64,000 nt of DNA from Eukaryota sp. GEM-RC1 (GCA_040285855.1 JAUFOQ010000017.1:1612001-1676000); one strand, 5' to 3'; shown: positions 46,976 to 62,017, numbered from the stretch's first letter. The notes: generated from the letters alone by a model not told the origin. Translations and numbers: made by a program.

Positions 46976-49900
46976 TTATAAGGAACGGAATAAATTCGAA
47001 ACAAAATTCGATATAGCAGACATTTTGCCTTCAATCAGACCAAAATCATGATCCTGACCTTTCCAAAGTGAACAAACATTCGGTATACTTTCTCCATTTT
47101 GAACTACTAGTTCACATTTTTGATTGAAAACATCCTCCAGTAAATCACAAAAATCGGAGGCAGATACAACGTCATCAATTTTTGAAAAATTTACAAGTGA
47201 CACACAAATACCTCTAGCTAACGATCTTGACAATGACGCATACAACAAATTCAAAATAGAAACTAATTCACCAACACACTTAGAATTGATGATTGAAGAA
47301 TCAAACATCGCTCCACCAAGACTATATTGAAGAGAAGAAGGTGATAAAGGACTTAATACTTCTGTTGCGATTACACAATTTAAAATTTGTGAAGTTAGTG
47401 AGTCGAAGCCAACAAGTGAGGCACTTGGAACTCCACCAACATTGTTGATATCCATTATCTTAAAAACAATTCCACTATAAGGCTTAACTCTGTCAGTACT
47501 AGTAACAATTGATTGACTTGCCTTTTCCAGATTGACCATGACAAAAGAGCCTTGATCAACACTGACGTCACAGTCATTGTGTCGTAAAATATTAATAAAT
47601 CTAGATGATTGGTTGACACTTCTATCAACTCTATATACTGAATGTGAACTTCTACTCTCCCGAGGATCTGAAACACAGTCATCCTCATTAAAAAGTCCAC
47701 AAAGACCGAACCCATCATCAGCTTCTTCTTCAATCAAATCTGATTGAGGCTCAGGGGCTGAGGCAGGGGGTGTATCAGTGAAGACTTTAAAGTCTGATAA
47801 CTGATAGTTTAAACCAGAAGATAATGATTCAATGCTGACGTCACCAATGGATGAGCATGATGAGACTAAATGGGAGAAGTAGCATGAATTATTTAATAAA
47901 TGAAGAATATCTGCATTAATAGCAGTTTGTGAGTAGAAAGTGTCAATTGATGACATCTGACGAAGAACGGCAATCAAATTTGATTGAAGATTGTGAACAA
48001 ATGATTGGCAAGAGGGATTCTGATTAGCTTGAGAGATAATCAAAGACATGAAACTTAGCAGCAGAAACCTTAAACGACTCAAATGAATGAGTGCTGGTGA
48101 TCGTGATAAAAACTTAAAATCAATCAAATTTGATAGGAAAGCCTCCAAAAGAAGAGTAATCCCATCTGAATGATATTTTAAAATTTCAACAACAAAAGAA
48201 TTGGAGGGAATATTTACTACAGATTCTGAATTCACTTCAGTTAATATTCCATTGATTTCGACTGACACCGTGGAGCTAAATGGTGAAAATTTAGATACTT
48301 TTCCAATTTTTGGTTCTCCTGAGGGTGATGTGATAGTGACCTCATCACCGACAAAGTGATATTGATTGGATGAAAAGGACAGAAAAGCTCAAAAATACTA
48401 ATCATCTTGATGACTGAAGCGTTAACGTCAGCAATTTCAATATCGGATTGACTATCTACCATTGGAGTTTGGACACAATCATTTTTGATTGGATCACTGG
48501 GTTCCGACATCCACACTCTATGACCAACGTAATCAAAAGATTCCGTCTCTGAAGGAGCGACAATATTTAAATTTTCGGACACAATATTATCACAACATGA
48601 AGAGAGAAAATCAAAAAATTTACGCACGTCACCAAAATTTGAAAGAGATTGTCCGACAATCTTTTTGTAGAACAATTTCTTCCAATAAGAGCTGCTGTCG
48701 ACAACATCAACGACAATTTTCTTAGAGAAATTTGAAATATTTAATTTCCACAAGAAACAAGAAGACTCAAAAGTACGAAAACCTTCCTCAAGTGGGGTTT
48801 CAAATATCATAGAATTAATCGAGACAAAATCTAATAGAAGCTGTAAAAACGATTGAGAAATCACGTCATCAGAGTCAAAAGAAGTCAGCAGACGCTGGAT
48901 TACGCCTGCTACAGGGTCTAAAATACGTATAGAAGAGACCACAAACATGAGTAACAAATTGTTGATAAACAAAAGATATTGTTCATTGATAAGTTTTACA
49001 ACAATATTACTTTTTTTCATTTTTAAAATTGAATCAAGTAAAGTACAGCATGAAAAAGCTTCATTGGAGTCAAAAATAGGATTTGCAGAGAAATATTTAA
49101 AAAATTGTGGTATTTTCTTTCTTAAATCTGAAATAAAATCAACAGTATTAACAGAAAAATTTAAATCGAAAGTAGTGTTCCAATTACTGGAAATAGAGCT
49201 CATTTTGCTGATGATTGAGTTCAGAATCACGCTAACAAAGGTTGGATGACGGTCGTAATCACATCTAGAGGTAATCACAAGGGACAAAAATTCAAAAAAT
49301 CTAGAATATTGGTCTGCTAAATGAGGGAATTCTTCAGAAACGTTAAATTTTAATAATTTGGAAACATTCGTGTCCCCTAAGAAATCGTAATCACAATCAT
49401 TTAAGTACACAGTGGAAAAACAAGAGAAAACTGAAGAAAAATAGGCTGCAGATACTGGCGATGAGGCCAAAAGCTCAGGAGCTTCTGAAATATTTAAAGA
49501 ATTTAAAAATTGCCAATATTTCGTCTTCACCAATTCAAGTGATGCTGATGAACTTCCTTCTAGACCAATGTCATAACTAACCGTACAATTAAAATTTGAA
49601 TTATTTAGTAAAAGAATAGAATGGTGTTGGAATTGACGGATTGGAAAGGCTTAAGTAGGCGCCACACTGATACAAGGCAGGAACAACAAGATAAAGAACA
49701 CTTGGAACAAATAAGAATTTAAAATGTGGTGATGATTCTGATATCAAATTGGCAAGAGTTGAGAAAGCATGAGCCCTATCATTTGCTCTTTGATTTTTGA
49801 TCCTGATTACGTTGAGAACGTCATCAGATTTGATTGATGATGTGATGAGAGCCAGTACATCATTAAGGCTCACATCGTTAGAGGAAAAGGTTAATAATAA

Positions 49901-52900
49901 AGACACAATCATTAATCCATCAATCAAAGGTGATTTTTGACTCTTTCCAGAATCGGAAATCTCTCTGCTTAATTGAATTTCTTGCAACAACTTATTACAA
50001 ATTCTGGAAATAAAATCTATCAATCGTGATGGGGAGTCAAATACAGTCAACACTGATTGATTAGAATTCATACAAAACAATAAAGTAGAAAGCAACAGAC
50101 AAACAATTGCCGTAGATTCATTAAATCTAAGAAGAAGAACCACTTGGGGGATAGAAGAGAACGCTGCTTTCCAATTGGAAAGTGAGGGATATTTTTCAAA
50201 AATTAAATCTACAACGGCATTAAAGTCGGTCTCAGTGGCATATGTATGAAAAACGAAGCTCAAAAGCTCCAAATCAACCATACAATCACATTCAATAACT
50301 TCACCTTTGATTAACTTGTCCACATCATCAGTGATCCCTTTTGGAAAGCACTTAGTAACAAGTCCAACAGTTTCCTTTTCCGTTGAGGAAACCAAAGGCC
50401 CAGCAATCAAACAGCCAATCACTTTCCCCAACACTCGACACGTCACACTTGCCAAAGAGAAAAGCCAAGAATAGGACGGCAGTCGTGGTTTAGAAGGAGC
50501 AAATCCAGAAACTGACACTAGGAAACCCCAGTCAGTGTTGGATCCATCAGAATGGAAAGAAAAATACAATTGATTGGAAACGACTTTGATTGGAGTGGAT
50601 GGATAATCATTATGATTACGACCGGAATACTTACCAACCAAGTTTCCAGTTCCAGCAGGCCCAGTGTGAATAGTCAAGTAATCATAACGATTCTCCATTG
50701 CACACCGTGGATCAAACTCTAACATCATGTACTCTACGCCTGGCATTATACACTCTAGTTCATAGTCCTCATCGTTTTGGTAAGGGTGAGTCCTAGATTC
50801 CATTACTTTAGAGGAAACTAGTACGGGAGCTTTGGACATTGGCTTGATAGGAAGGGAGAGGTCGTCAAGGGAAGGAGGGACAGGGTTTAGGATAGAGTGA
50901 ATTGAAGAGAGAAGAGATGAGGAGGAGGAAAGGAGATCAGTGAGTGTAATGATTGAGGGTTTGATTGAGGGTCGGGGTGACGTGATGTTGATGTAATCAA
51001 GGGAGTCGATAATGATTGAATAAACTGATCGGATGGGTGACGTGTTTAACTTTTGAGAGATTGTGTCAAGAGTTCCAACTGTGAAGCATTCTGAATGGAT
51101 TTGCTTTAAAAGTTCAACACTTTTAGTAATTATAGCAGCAGAAAAATTTAAAAAATCAATTAAAAACTGCTCATTCTCTAATTTTAAAATTTCAGCAACA
51201 GTGAAACTAAACACTCTAGAACACAAATCTTTGACCACGAGAGACAACAGGTTTCCCTCAGCGTCACAATCCCAAAGTCCATGAACTAACTCCTCCATTG
51301 AAGATCCAAAGTCCTTCTTTAAAGAAAGTTCTTGTTCTAATTGCTTAGCTTCTTTAGGAGACAGAGTCACCATCATAGTTGAAGAAAACGGTGTGCAACA
51401 AAGGGTTGATAGGAGGTTGACTCTGGTGGAAGAGGAAAGTGTGCAATCGTGATTGATTAAAAACAGGAAAAACCAAGACTTATCAGACTCAGAGGGAAAG
51501 AAGAGAGTGAAACCTAGGGAAAGGAGCTCTTCTGATTGATTGAGAAGAGCTTGATTGGGCAACTTAATAACTTCAAGTAGGAGTAAACGAATCTTTTGAA
51601 TGACTTCTTTTGACTTCTCAGAATTTTGATCTAATGACGTGATTGTAATTGAGTTTGCTATTAAATGACCCACATGAAGCTCTATTAATCGTAGCACCAC
51701 CAGAATGTAGAAGTCTCTTTCCTCCAAATCACAGTGAAGTAGAAGATCTAAAAGGCTAACCATGCGCTCCCAATTCTTAAGTGAAAGGTCAAGGAACAAG
51801 TCTTTTGATCGAAGTGCTTGGCCATTGTCGTTGAAATATTTAGGTAGGGGGACGGCTGCTCCAGCGAGACTTGATTGGAAATATTTGAGAAAATTTAAAT
51901 TTCTGAATAAGCCTTTGAACATGATGTCAGCAAACTCCAATGGCGAAGGTGATTGAGGGGGTTTGATTGACAAATGAGGTGATGACAGACAATAATGACT
52001 TTGTGATTGTTTGACAGAAAGCTCATTCCGACCTTCATTCGAGGTTAGAGCAATCCATAGATTTGATTGATGATCATAAACAGTCAGAAAAGGCAAGTGA
52101 TCACTATCCTTATTGGGAGGCAATCTAATCACTGGTAAAAACCCGTCCAACTCTTGCATGAACCCTGAACAGTCGACGTCATCACTGGCATCGTGATAGT
52201 GCTTTCTAAGAACTCCAATTAACAAAAGACCGTTCGAGAAGAAGGAAACGTCTGGGAAAGACTCTGGAGATTGATTAGAGTCAAAAAGATGGCGATCACT
52301 GGGGATTAGGGAAAATTTTAAATTGTTTGAATAGAAGAGATCACGATAACTGGTGATTGGATCGTTGATTGAGCAGTAATAGTAATGGGAATAGCCAGCG
52401 ACGTGGTGTTGTTTGATCATATAGAACTCAAATGGATGTGTTACCAAAGCAAAAGAGCAATGTTCTTCCGAATATTTAAAATATTCTGCTAATTTTAGAT
52501 TTTCGACAGTAAACACTGCTACAAACTTCCCAATCACAACAATCAAATCCCCTTGATAAACACTACACGTAGGAACGTGTTCAGAGAAATCATCCTTACA
52601 AACACTAGACCATAGAACTTTAGCATAAACCTTTCCTTGCTCTGAGTGTCCAAGACCTGTTCCCATTTTAATTAAAGAAAAAGGAGAGACAATGAAGAGA
52701 AAGGGGTGGGAGAAGGTCACTCTAGCGTTGGTAAGATCTTCAGAGGGGAGGCATTCACATGAAAGAAGGGAGGACCGAGTTGGGTACCAGTTGGAGGTGG
52801 TAGTCCAGGGAGTGGACTCAGTGAGGAAGTGTGTCATGATCTTGCCATGGTTGAGGGAAGAAAGGGAGGAGACATGGGAGGAGAGAGAATGGGAGGATGA

Positions 52901-53524
52901 TGGGTTGAGGATAGTGATAAGAAGAGAGAGGAATAACGGGAGATCACCTAGACCAAGGGACAAGGGAAGAAAGTGTGGCGAAGAGCCGTGAAGAGAGAGC
53001 AGGATCGGTGGAAGTAATGAGCGATGTGGAGAGGAGGGAGAGGAGGTCCTGCCAACAATTTGCTGAATCTGAAGAAAGTGAGTAAGGGGTGACTTCCTGC
53101 AGAAGGTCAAAGATTAGATCAAGTAGAGACGCTGTGAGGGTAGAGTCAGTGCGGAAGAAGTGTGAAAGAGTAGTTATGTGGAGTTTGAGGGAGAGTTCGG
53201 TGAGTGATGACAATGTAGGGGGTTTGGACTCATCAGCAAGTTCAGTAGACGAAACTGACTTTAAAGGAAGTTTCTTGAGGTTAGTGGCAAAAGTTCTTGG
53301 AAGTACAGCCTAAGAACGTTGAGTTTCATAGTCTGAACTGGAGAGAGATAGTCGTACTTCTCATAGCTATGGAAGCACTCAAACAGAGCGGACGACAGAA
53401 TATCAGTGTCAGATGAAGAAGACGAAACCTCGCTCAATAGATCTGGTGAACACTTCTCGAAGAAGACATCGGTCAGCAGTTTGACATCAGAAAAGGATGC
53501 AACGCTGTACTTTAGGAGACTCAT
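46976..53524 (-). CDS. Very large helical protein with a CUB-like domain (HECTD4/ZZEF1/MYCBP2-like N-terminal region); several frameshifts
   Basis: Chained minus ORFs 53261-53524, 52944-53213, 49601-53110, 48241-49533 and 46976-48268; ESRTHPYQND...FDPRCAMENRYDYL...YSG...FHSDGSNTDWGF; LIKMGTGLGHSEQGKVY; no HECT domain seen. Confidence 0.65.
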
Positions 53525-53922
53525 TGGGCTGAATTGATTGGATTTTCGTTGATCCAGCTTTCCTCAACAACGAGAATCATTATTGTATGACAGTACTTGC
53601 TTCACCCAAAGGTTTTTCATCCACATGATGGCTACTACCAAGTGTTGAACCTTTGTTGTAATAGTGACTCTGAATGACAATTTTAGACGCTACTGTTCAC
53701 CCCTTGATTAATCATTGGTAATCATATATATCCTACATCATCATTGTTAGTTTTCGCTGTTAAAAAAAGAGATTGCAGGAAATAAGGGAATTCTTCACTA
53801 TTTATAGCTGTTTCAAACAGGCTATTTAACTTGGTACGCCTTTTCTGGAACACTATTTTATAGAACAGAAAGAGTGATCAAAAACTAGAAATCAATATCA
53901 TTAAATCACCATTCATATAACC

Positions 53923-54150
53923 TTTATTCGGCACCCAATAAGGTAACCTTCCTACAAACTATGAAATTGTAAAAACAAACAAATAATACTAAGATTAAAT
54001 CCAAACGACTTCATCACCACCCGGTAAACGATTACGTTTATCAACATTAACCTTCACACCAAACTTGTAGAATTTCTCAATTAATCTAGAGAAATAGAAA
54101 GGCATATTCCGATATATGGAAAACACTACACGGTTTTTCTATTCAGCCAT
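53923..54150 (-). mobile_element. CRE-like retrotransposon 3' fragment
   Basis: Near-identical to 32915-33142. Confidence 0.9.
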
Positions 54151-54626
54151 GAAACCATTCTGTACCAAATTGTCCGTTTTGTCTATATGTATGTTTTTTG
54201 GTACATGTAGATTTATTTCCAACAAATCATTTACAATTAGAAGATAATTTGAAGTTAGAATATCCACATGAATGTGAGAGTTGGCCGTATATTGCTTAGA
54301 TATTTAAATTAATAGAACTGAGGTACTTAGAAACGCTTCTATGAAGGGCAAAAATCTTTCGATTATTGTACAAAGAATGCATAATATCCCAATACGTATG
54401 CTTCACATTGTGATGTTACAACAACTACATGTTCAACAACAGATGGGAGCTGTGTCAATAATAATTTCAAACATGTAACAGTCCCTTTTCAAATATGGAT
54501 TTCTCTTCTCTTAGTGTTACCACTCTTGCTATGTATCAATCTCATACTATAAGTCAGAAGATACTCCAGAATCATAGTCAATTCTGATGCTTATTTATCT
54601 TCATCAATAAACCAAAAAATACATTT

Positions 54627-54878
54627 AAAGAAAAGAAGCGTCAGTTTAGAATGGCTGATGGGAAAAACCGTATAGTGTTTTCCATATATCGGAATTTTCC
54701 TTTCTATTTCTCTCTATTAATTGAGAAATTGTACATGTTTGGTGTGAAGGTTAATGTTGAAAAACGTAATCTTTTACTGGGTGGTGATGAAGTCGTTTGG
54801 ATTTAATCTTAGTATTATTTGTTTGTTTTTACAATTTCATAGTTTTGTAGGAAGGTTACCGTCTGGGTGCCGAATAAA
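54627..54878 (+). mobile_element. CRE-like retrotransposon 3' fragment (opposite orientation)
   Basis: Ends GGAAGGTTACC...GGGTGCCGAATAAA. Confidence 0.88.
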
Positions 54879-54920
54879 GTTTTCTATAAACCAAACAACT
54901 TTTCAAGCTAACTTCTTCAA

Positions 54921-56226
54921 ATGGACAAAACAAGACAATTCATTCTGATCTTCCTCCTTCTTTCATATACAGCCCTTGCAGTCACTGTTGTGGAGTATAA
55001 ACCCTTTTCATCCAGAATTACTTCACACGAGTCATGCCATCTACATATTAAAAATAACATTAACCACATCTACAAGTCACTATCTACCACTTCCTACTCG
55101 GAATTGATCGTCTTACCTGAATATGGACTTACAGGTCTTTCTCTACACTCCTTCAATGACTCTTTCCACTGTGCTTCTGATCTTTCCTCTACTTGCCCGA
55201 TCCTGAAGGAGCTTCACTTACTTGCTGATTCTCTATCCTCCACCTTAGTCATTAATATCCCTGTCTCAACCATTGACCAGGTCTTTAACTCGCTTGTCAC
55301 TCTAAATAGCACTCACGTCATCAGCCAATACCGCAAAGAGCATCTCTATGGTGCTGAACCCTGGTACTTTCACCCGGGATCTCCATCCTTCAATGACCAA
55401 CACTCTTGTTTTGTTTTCAATTCCATTCGTTACTGTACTGCTATCTGTTTTGACACGATGTTTCCCTCTGTTTATGACCGAATGCTCCTCAAATCTTCAT
55501 CTTCTCTTCTTGCTTCAGTTGCTTGGGTAAACTTCCCCCCCTTGATCACCAGTCTGTCTACTTTCAATGGACTGTCTACTTCATTTAACATTTCTATCTA
55601 TGTTGCCACTCTTGGTTTTGTCACGTCATCAGGGTCATTAATATCACGTGATGGGAATGTTGATTGTTTCATTTTGACTGATGAAGGTTCATCTTTGGGA
55701 AACGTTGAGAGTTGTAGTGAATCTGGTAAATATTTAGGAAAATTTGAAAGTGTTGGAGAATTTGATGTTTCTACTCTTGACCAGTCCTTTCCTGTTCCGA
55801 AACCTATTTCTGGAAAGTTTGTCACGTCATCAGGCCAATTTTCATTGACTTCTAATGACTTAACCTGTGTCTTTTCAATTGTCAATCCATCAAGTTCTAG
55901 AGTCTTTGTTTTTGCTTCCAGATGGTGGTTATAATAATTTAATTTCCAGTTTTTGTGGAGTTGTAGCTTGTAAGTCAGATAATTACCAAGATTGTTTTTC
56001 TAAAGATAACCGTCATTTTGTGCAGAATGTTGGTATTGAAATTGAATTTGTTAAGCAACATGAAAATTTGTCTAAGGTCATCATACCTCTGATTGGCGAT
56101 GGCCTTGCAGCACGAAAAGTTAAAAATTTCAAATGTTTTCCCACTTCATGTACATTTTCAAATTTTGGACATTCTAAGTTTCAAACGATGAGCATTTTTA
56201 CCAATTACAGTCCTTCTAATTACTGA
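54921..56226 (+). CDS. Secreted carbon-nitrogen hydrolase (vanin/biotinidase-like); frameshift near 55915
   Basis: Signal peptide; VVEY; catalytic triad motifs LPEYGL, YRKEHLY, AICFD. Confidence 0.85.
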
Positions 56227-56605
56227 TTTTGATTGATCACGTTACTGATTGTTTCTTTGTAATCTCTTGGTAATCGGGTTTCTCGAAAAAGTTATTAAAT
56301 TATTGACAAGCAACTATTTTATATACTCTTTTTACAGGTTTGCCATTTTAGAGTGAAAATGTACTATAAATTTTCGGTATATTTTTAAAATTGAATTGTT
56401 AAATGCTATCAATAACAGTGCAAGACTAGTTCTTCTTAGAATAGTAATCAACTTGTTTAACAGTCAATAACTGCAGCATGCACATATGTAAATTTCAATT
56501 TTTCAAGTTGTTTTAGATAACCAGACACTGCCTAGGCAGTAGTCAATTACTAGACACCAATTGATCACACTGACGAGTGTGATCAACAAGTAGAATTACA
56601 GTATG

Positions 56606-57222
56606 CAGAGTATTTAGTCTGGACCAGACTAATTTAAGTCCAGACTATTAATTATAAATAAGAATTAATCTGGACCAGACTATATTAAGTGAAAAGAATT
56701 AATCTGGATCAACTTCCTTCAAATTCTTCTAGATAATTGGATGATAGCTCTGGTTTCAAATGTCTCGTTTCCCACATTCCGTTTGTGTTTAACGACAACC
56801 CACAAAGAATCATTGCTATCGAGCATATGCTAATCATCTTTCATCTCTTTAACCGTTTACTTCTCTCAAAGTCTCTTCTGCCAATTCCAAAAAGTTGTGT
56901 TTTCCTGGCTTCTGTAGCTTTCAACATGATACCACAGTCCACTCTCTATCAAGTCTGTCTGTTGTAATACATTTGCATCTTTGTAGTTAATACCTAAAGG
57001 TACAAATGGGAAGGTAAAGGGTGTTTATAAATCAAATTGTACGTACTAGTAACATTTCACTAACATCTGTGGCTACCATTGCGTAGTGTGTTTGCAATTA
57101 TTTGTGAAATCCTGACTAATTGTTGTATAAAAATGACCTTTTGAAAGAAATCCAAATATGGATTAGTCTGGACCAGACTAGTTAAAGTCCTGACTAATTG
57201 TTTATCCAGACTAAATACTCTG
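56606..57222. mobile_element. MITE with 18-bp TIRs
   Basis: CAGAGTATTTAGTCTGGA ... TCCAGACTAAATACTCTG; TAGTCTGGACCAGACTA subterminal near-palindromes; no TSD detected. Confidence 0.75.
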
Positions 57223-57270
57223 AATATTGTAGTTTCGAAAAAGTAGCATTCTTTTTTTTTGAAACGAATG

Positions 57271-58020
57271 CTACTTTTTGAAACGAACATTATGTCCAAG
57301 TTGTACTTCTGGTTCTAGCACTTCATCATCATTTTTAGCATCCTTGAATGCACTTTGTTTGCAAACATCCACAGTAATGACATCAACTACCGTTAGCTCA
57401 TCATTGATTGATGGAACTATGGAATCAGCTCTTTCTTTATCAAAAGTCTGACCAGAATCACTATTTTTTAAATTATTGGTTTCAAGAAGAGTTCTCAACT
57501 GTAGCTCAACGACAGATTCGATTTTGTAGGATTTAAAGATATCGTGAATTTTATCTCTGACAGCCTCATGAATGCATGTTCTATTAAGAATGAAACTATT
57601 GCCACTCAAAAGGATAGAAAAAGTAACTACATGTAATTTACCACATTTACATTGAAGATCAATTAGGTAAATTAGAGGGCCACAAGAAACAACGAAGTCT
57701 TAATCTTGTAGTCCATTGGAGATCATGAATCTTGTTTGTTAAAGAGATAAAACGGTTACAATTTAATACAGATTGCTTACATTGACATTTCAAATTATGT
57801 GGAAGGTTATCAGACCAAATATATGACGGTAAACGCATGTTTGATGACCAACAGTTATCATCAGAAAAGACCGTCAACATGAGGGATTTGAGTAATCAGA
57901 CATGGAGCAGAGCTATTAGAAACATCCATTAAGAAATTTGCAAAAGCGGGATTGTTTTCCTTGGAAATGCCAAGTCGAACATTATAATCCAAGCTTTCAA
58001 AGAGTTGTACAATTGACTAC
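57271..58020 (-). mobile_element. Degenerate copy of a second, diverged CRE-like RLE retrotransposon subfamily
   Basis: IHEAVRD, SVVE, RADSIVP, VVDVITVDVCK; LRLRCFLWP, CQC/CNR motifs parallel to the main family. Confidence 0.7.
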
Positions 58021-58021
58021 T

Positions 58022-58300
58022 TGCAAACATACTAGACAGAAATGTTCGAGTTCGCTGCTTTTTTAAAGGACCTTTGTAATAGTGGACCTTCTGGATTTAA
58101 TTCTCAAATTCTTAAGGTGTTTGGATTACATCTATCTGATGAAGCTTGGATGATCACAATGCGTCTTCATTTGGCTATTTGGCCTGCAAATTTATTTCAA
58201 CTTCCTGTTGTGGAGCCAATGGTGTTTTTTGTCAAACAATTAATTGTCGTTATTTTATTCATCTACGTGCAGTAATTCATGATGGTGTACGTGATTCTTG
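58022..58300 (+). mobile_element. Internal fragment of the CRE-like retrotransposon
   Basis: EFAAFL.DLCNSGPSGF...LSDEAWMI...HDGVRDSC matches 62640-62900 (reverse). Confidence 0.85.
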
Positions 58301-58734
58301 TTTGTTACTAGACAATTTGAGTACAAATTATGTCAAATTGCAATTTCAATTAATGGTCGACTTGGTAGAAGCTCTCTGTTTTCTCTCTGTGTTTGAGAAA
58401 GTTGTCAACAAAGATGAAAAAGAAATTTGATTTTGAATATTTGTTGAATCGTATTGTTTTCCAACTGTTGAAACAATCTCTTTTATGATTTCGGAAGCTT
58501 TACTAGCTCTCAGTATTATTTATGAAGAAAATGCTGATGTGAGTTTCAATAGCAATGATTGTGGTTTTAATGATATTGAGTTCAGGTTTTGCTCTATAAA
58601 CTACTAGTAAGGTCCAATCAATTAAAGTGAAACAATAGTTCTAGTTAATAACATAAATTCACTAAAAATACTTTCCGGGTAAACTTGGTAAAAAAAAATA
58701 ATACTTCGGAAAACAAGTGATTTTTTGCGATTCT

Positions 58735-60085
58735 TCAAGTTCCTCGAGCCCCCAATATTTTAACTTTTCCATTGACTTTCAAAGCCTCTGCCAACGCTAT
58801 GACACCTTCATCTCCAATAAAGTTATACATCACATTGATATTCGTCACTGTGTTATTGATTTTCAACGCGTCTGCCAATTCTATAGCACCTTCAGCCTCA
58901 ATAGAATTGTTCCACAAGTCAATACTTCTCAATGAAGTGTTCACTTTCAACGCCTCTGCTAAAGCTCTAGCACCTTCACTTCCAATGGAGTTTCCCCCCA
59001 GATTTAAACTTCTCAATGAAGTATTCACTTTCAACGCCTCTGCTAAAGCTCTAACACCTTCACTTCCAATGGAGTTTTGTTCTAGATTAATACTTGATAA
59101 TTTTGTGTTGACTTTCAGCGCTTCTGCCAAAGCTGTACAGCCTGCAACTTCAATATTATTTTCACTCAAATTGATGATTGTCACAGAATTATTGAATTTT
59201 AAAATTGTTACCAATTCTATACATCCCTCAACACCAACAGAACTTCCACTCAAATCAATACGCGTCACTGTATTAATAAGTTTCAAAATTTGAATAAACG
59301 ACATGACAATCATTTTTGAAAGAGAAGGGATCACAGATATATGAATCTTTTGAAGACACGGAAAGAAGAAAGAGGACCTTTCTAGAAAATACAAGTCTTC
59401 AGTTTTCGATAAGTACAGATCCAAGCCTGAAACAACGTTTGAATACCACAGAAATTCTTCAACTTTAAAGGCCCTGTCTAAGTACAGGAATACAGATTGT
59501 ACTTCTGTTTCAAAGAAAGAAGCAAGTGACCGGAGTTGAGGAAGGTCAGTAGAAACTACAGGAAACGTATTTGATTGGAAAAAACTTTAACTGCTAAAAT
59601 GGAGGAATCAAAGAAACGATCGCTTACCGATCCAAGTTGTTTGAAAAAGAAAGTATATCTTGCTGTAAACCAAGAAGATAATAACTAGGTTCATCGTCAT
59701 TCACTTCCGAAACAGAGATAAAAGTAAGTTCCATTAAATGAAGAAAGATAGAAACCAAAAGGGAGGTCTGAATGTGCAAGTCCTTGACCCATGGGTACAA
59801 CCCCCGGTTAACACTTTCAGTGATAGTTTGAGCTGACGCTAGCACTGTGATGCTATTATAAAGTGAGTCATGATCTGGACACGAACAAGTTGACTTAGAG
59901 TTGTTAAGTAGAACTTCCCCACAAACATCATCAAAGCAATGGAGGTGTTCCTCAACATCTGAGTCTAGTGGAGAGTCTTCAATGAATGACTTTGCAAGAC
60001 TCTTCAGTTGAGGCAACGAGCTCCTTGGATTAGTATCAAAAGCTGAACCTGGTCTGAATAATTGATTTGGAGCTCTGCAGTTCAT
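58735..60085 (-). CDS. RNI-like leucine-rich-repeat protein (28-aa repeats); N-terminal part in ORF 59624-60085
   Basis: Repeats such as LKVNTSLRSLNLGGNSIGSEGARALAEA (about six copies); joining of the two ORFs is inferred. Confidence 0.8.
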
Positions 60086-60435
60086 CAGATGGGAAATGAA
60101 TATCTCAATTAAAAGTAGATTTGTTCTTTCATCCAGTCCAGCCCTTTTGTGATACTTGGATCAGTTTCTATACTCTTGCATTTCTGTCTTGAACTGCATA
60201 TAATACTCAAACGGAACCATCACACACTTTTTCGATTAAGACACACTTTGAGTTGTTGTTGTAATTCTTGTTGTCTAAAGAGTTATGACCAGTTTGTACT
60301 TTTTTTTACGAGCGACACGAAGCAAACTTTATTTAGATCTTTCAAATTGTCTGTGCTTTATAGAGTAACAACTATTAGGTCCATGAATGAGCAATATTTT
60401 TGTAGAATCTTGTGAATTTTGATTTTGGTCGGACA

Positions 60436-61560
60436 CATACTTGTTGATCACACTCACTTTGCCAGTGTGATCACAATCACAACCACAATCACAACCACAT
60501 CACACGATCACATGTGATCACAATCACAAATTATGATCACAAATACTGTTTATTGGGAAAAATAAAGTTGATGATAATGAATTATAATATTTATACATAT
60601 CGAAATTACATAACCCTACAGCTTTCTTTTGCGAACACGATCTATTTCACTGTTCTGAGACCAATCTACATCAATGTGCTCCTCCATATTTGCTTCTTCG
60701 ATCATAAAGACTTCTTCAACATCCTCTTTATCATCCTCATCGTCATCGTCATCTGTGATGTCGTCAAAAACACCTCTCAAATCAACATTTGCTACAACAT
60801 CCATTGTATCTGCCGGTTGTTCTTCTTCTGCCAACAACGCTAAAGCATCTTCTCTGTTGAATGCCCACATTTCCACATCCAAAAGAACATCTCCCACTCT
60901 AGATTTGGCCTCAAGAATTTCGTTGAGAATACTTAGATTCAAATTTTTGGGTTCTTGTTTTAGAAGAGGAGTATTGAAATGAATAATCATCATGTCATCC
61001 AAATGACCGTTGGTCAATTTCAACCGTCTTTTGGACACCTGGAAGTCAAATGAAAACCAATTCCTTTCTGTTGTAGATGCTGAACCAGTATGACCTGTAA
61101 TTCTTTGAGCTAATTGACTCAACTGTGGATAAAGCTGTTTACCAACAGAGTACCACCATTGATGGGGGACAGCCAAATCAATGACTTCAAAAGTGGTAAG
61201 TGTTGTGGTAAAATCTATTGTATGATATAATATTGTTTGATATCTTATAGCACCCTTGACATTGAAAGTCTTCCTTACCTGATGTGTTTTCACGAACTTT
61301 CACGAGCTGGTAAAGCGGAAGGGTTGTTACAATCGGATTGGAAAAAAGGAAGTGATGACATTGTGGGGAAAGGGTAAATGTAGTTTTCGAGCACCAAATT
61401 AGACTCTAAACTGGTGCTCTAAACTTTAGAGTGTTGTTGAACAATTAAAACTGCTCTAGGTTTATCACATAAATGAATTATACTAATGACTTCACTTCAG
61501 TATGGATCACATTTGAATCACAAGTGATGTGATCACATGTGTTTGTGATCCACAAGTATG
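60436..61560 (-). mobile_element. Internally deleted hAT transposon
   Basis: TIRs CATACTTGTTGATCACA / TGTGATCCACAAGTATG; exact TSD GTCGGACA (60428-35, 61561-68); dimerisation domain WW...YPQLSQLAQR...SASTTERNWFSF...KRRLKL. Confidence 0.93.
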
Positions 61561-62017
61561 GTCGGACATACATGCTGTATTACAAGTACAAAAATTGTTT
61601 AATAAACAAGTTTATTTGCAACAATTAATATATACACACTGATTTAGCAACTGAAGAAAGTTAAATTCTCCAGATTAACACGAGAATTATGCCTACACAA
61701 CTTCGAATAAATGGAACATAAAAACTTGGAAATGTTTTATAAGGAGCAAAGGTAATTCGATTAACCCATTCAGCACTATTTAACACCTTGTCATTAGAAT
61801 AAAAGATTAAAATCGTTGACAATTTTTAAACCTGCTACTGTACTACCAAAAGTTTCATAAACAATAACTAGAGTCAGTATAAATAGGTGAATGAGTACTT
61901 CATTTGTTTACCAATATTGCCATTCTTGATAATTTGAAGAGAGTTTCTGTTGTGACATAACATGGCTCAAGTCAAACAGTGATAAAGTTTGGTATGAAGG
62001 TTAATGTCAAGAACATG

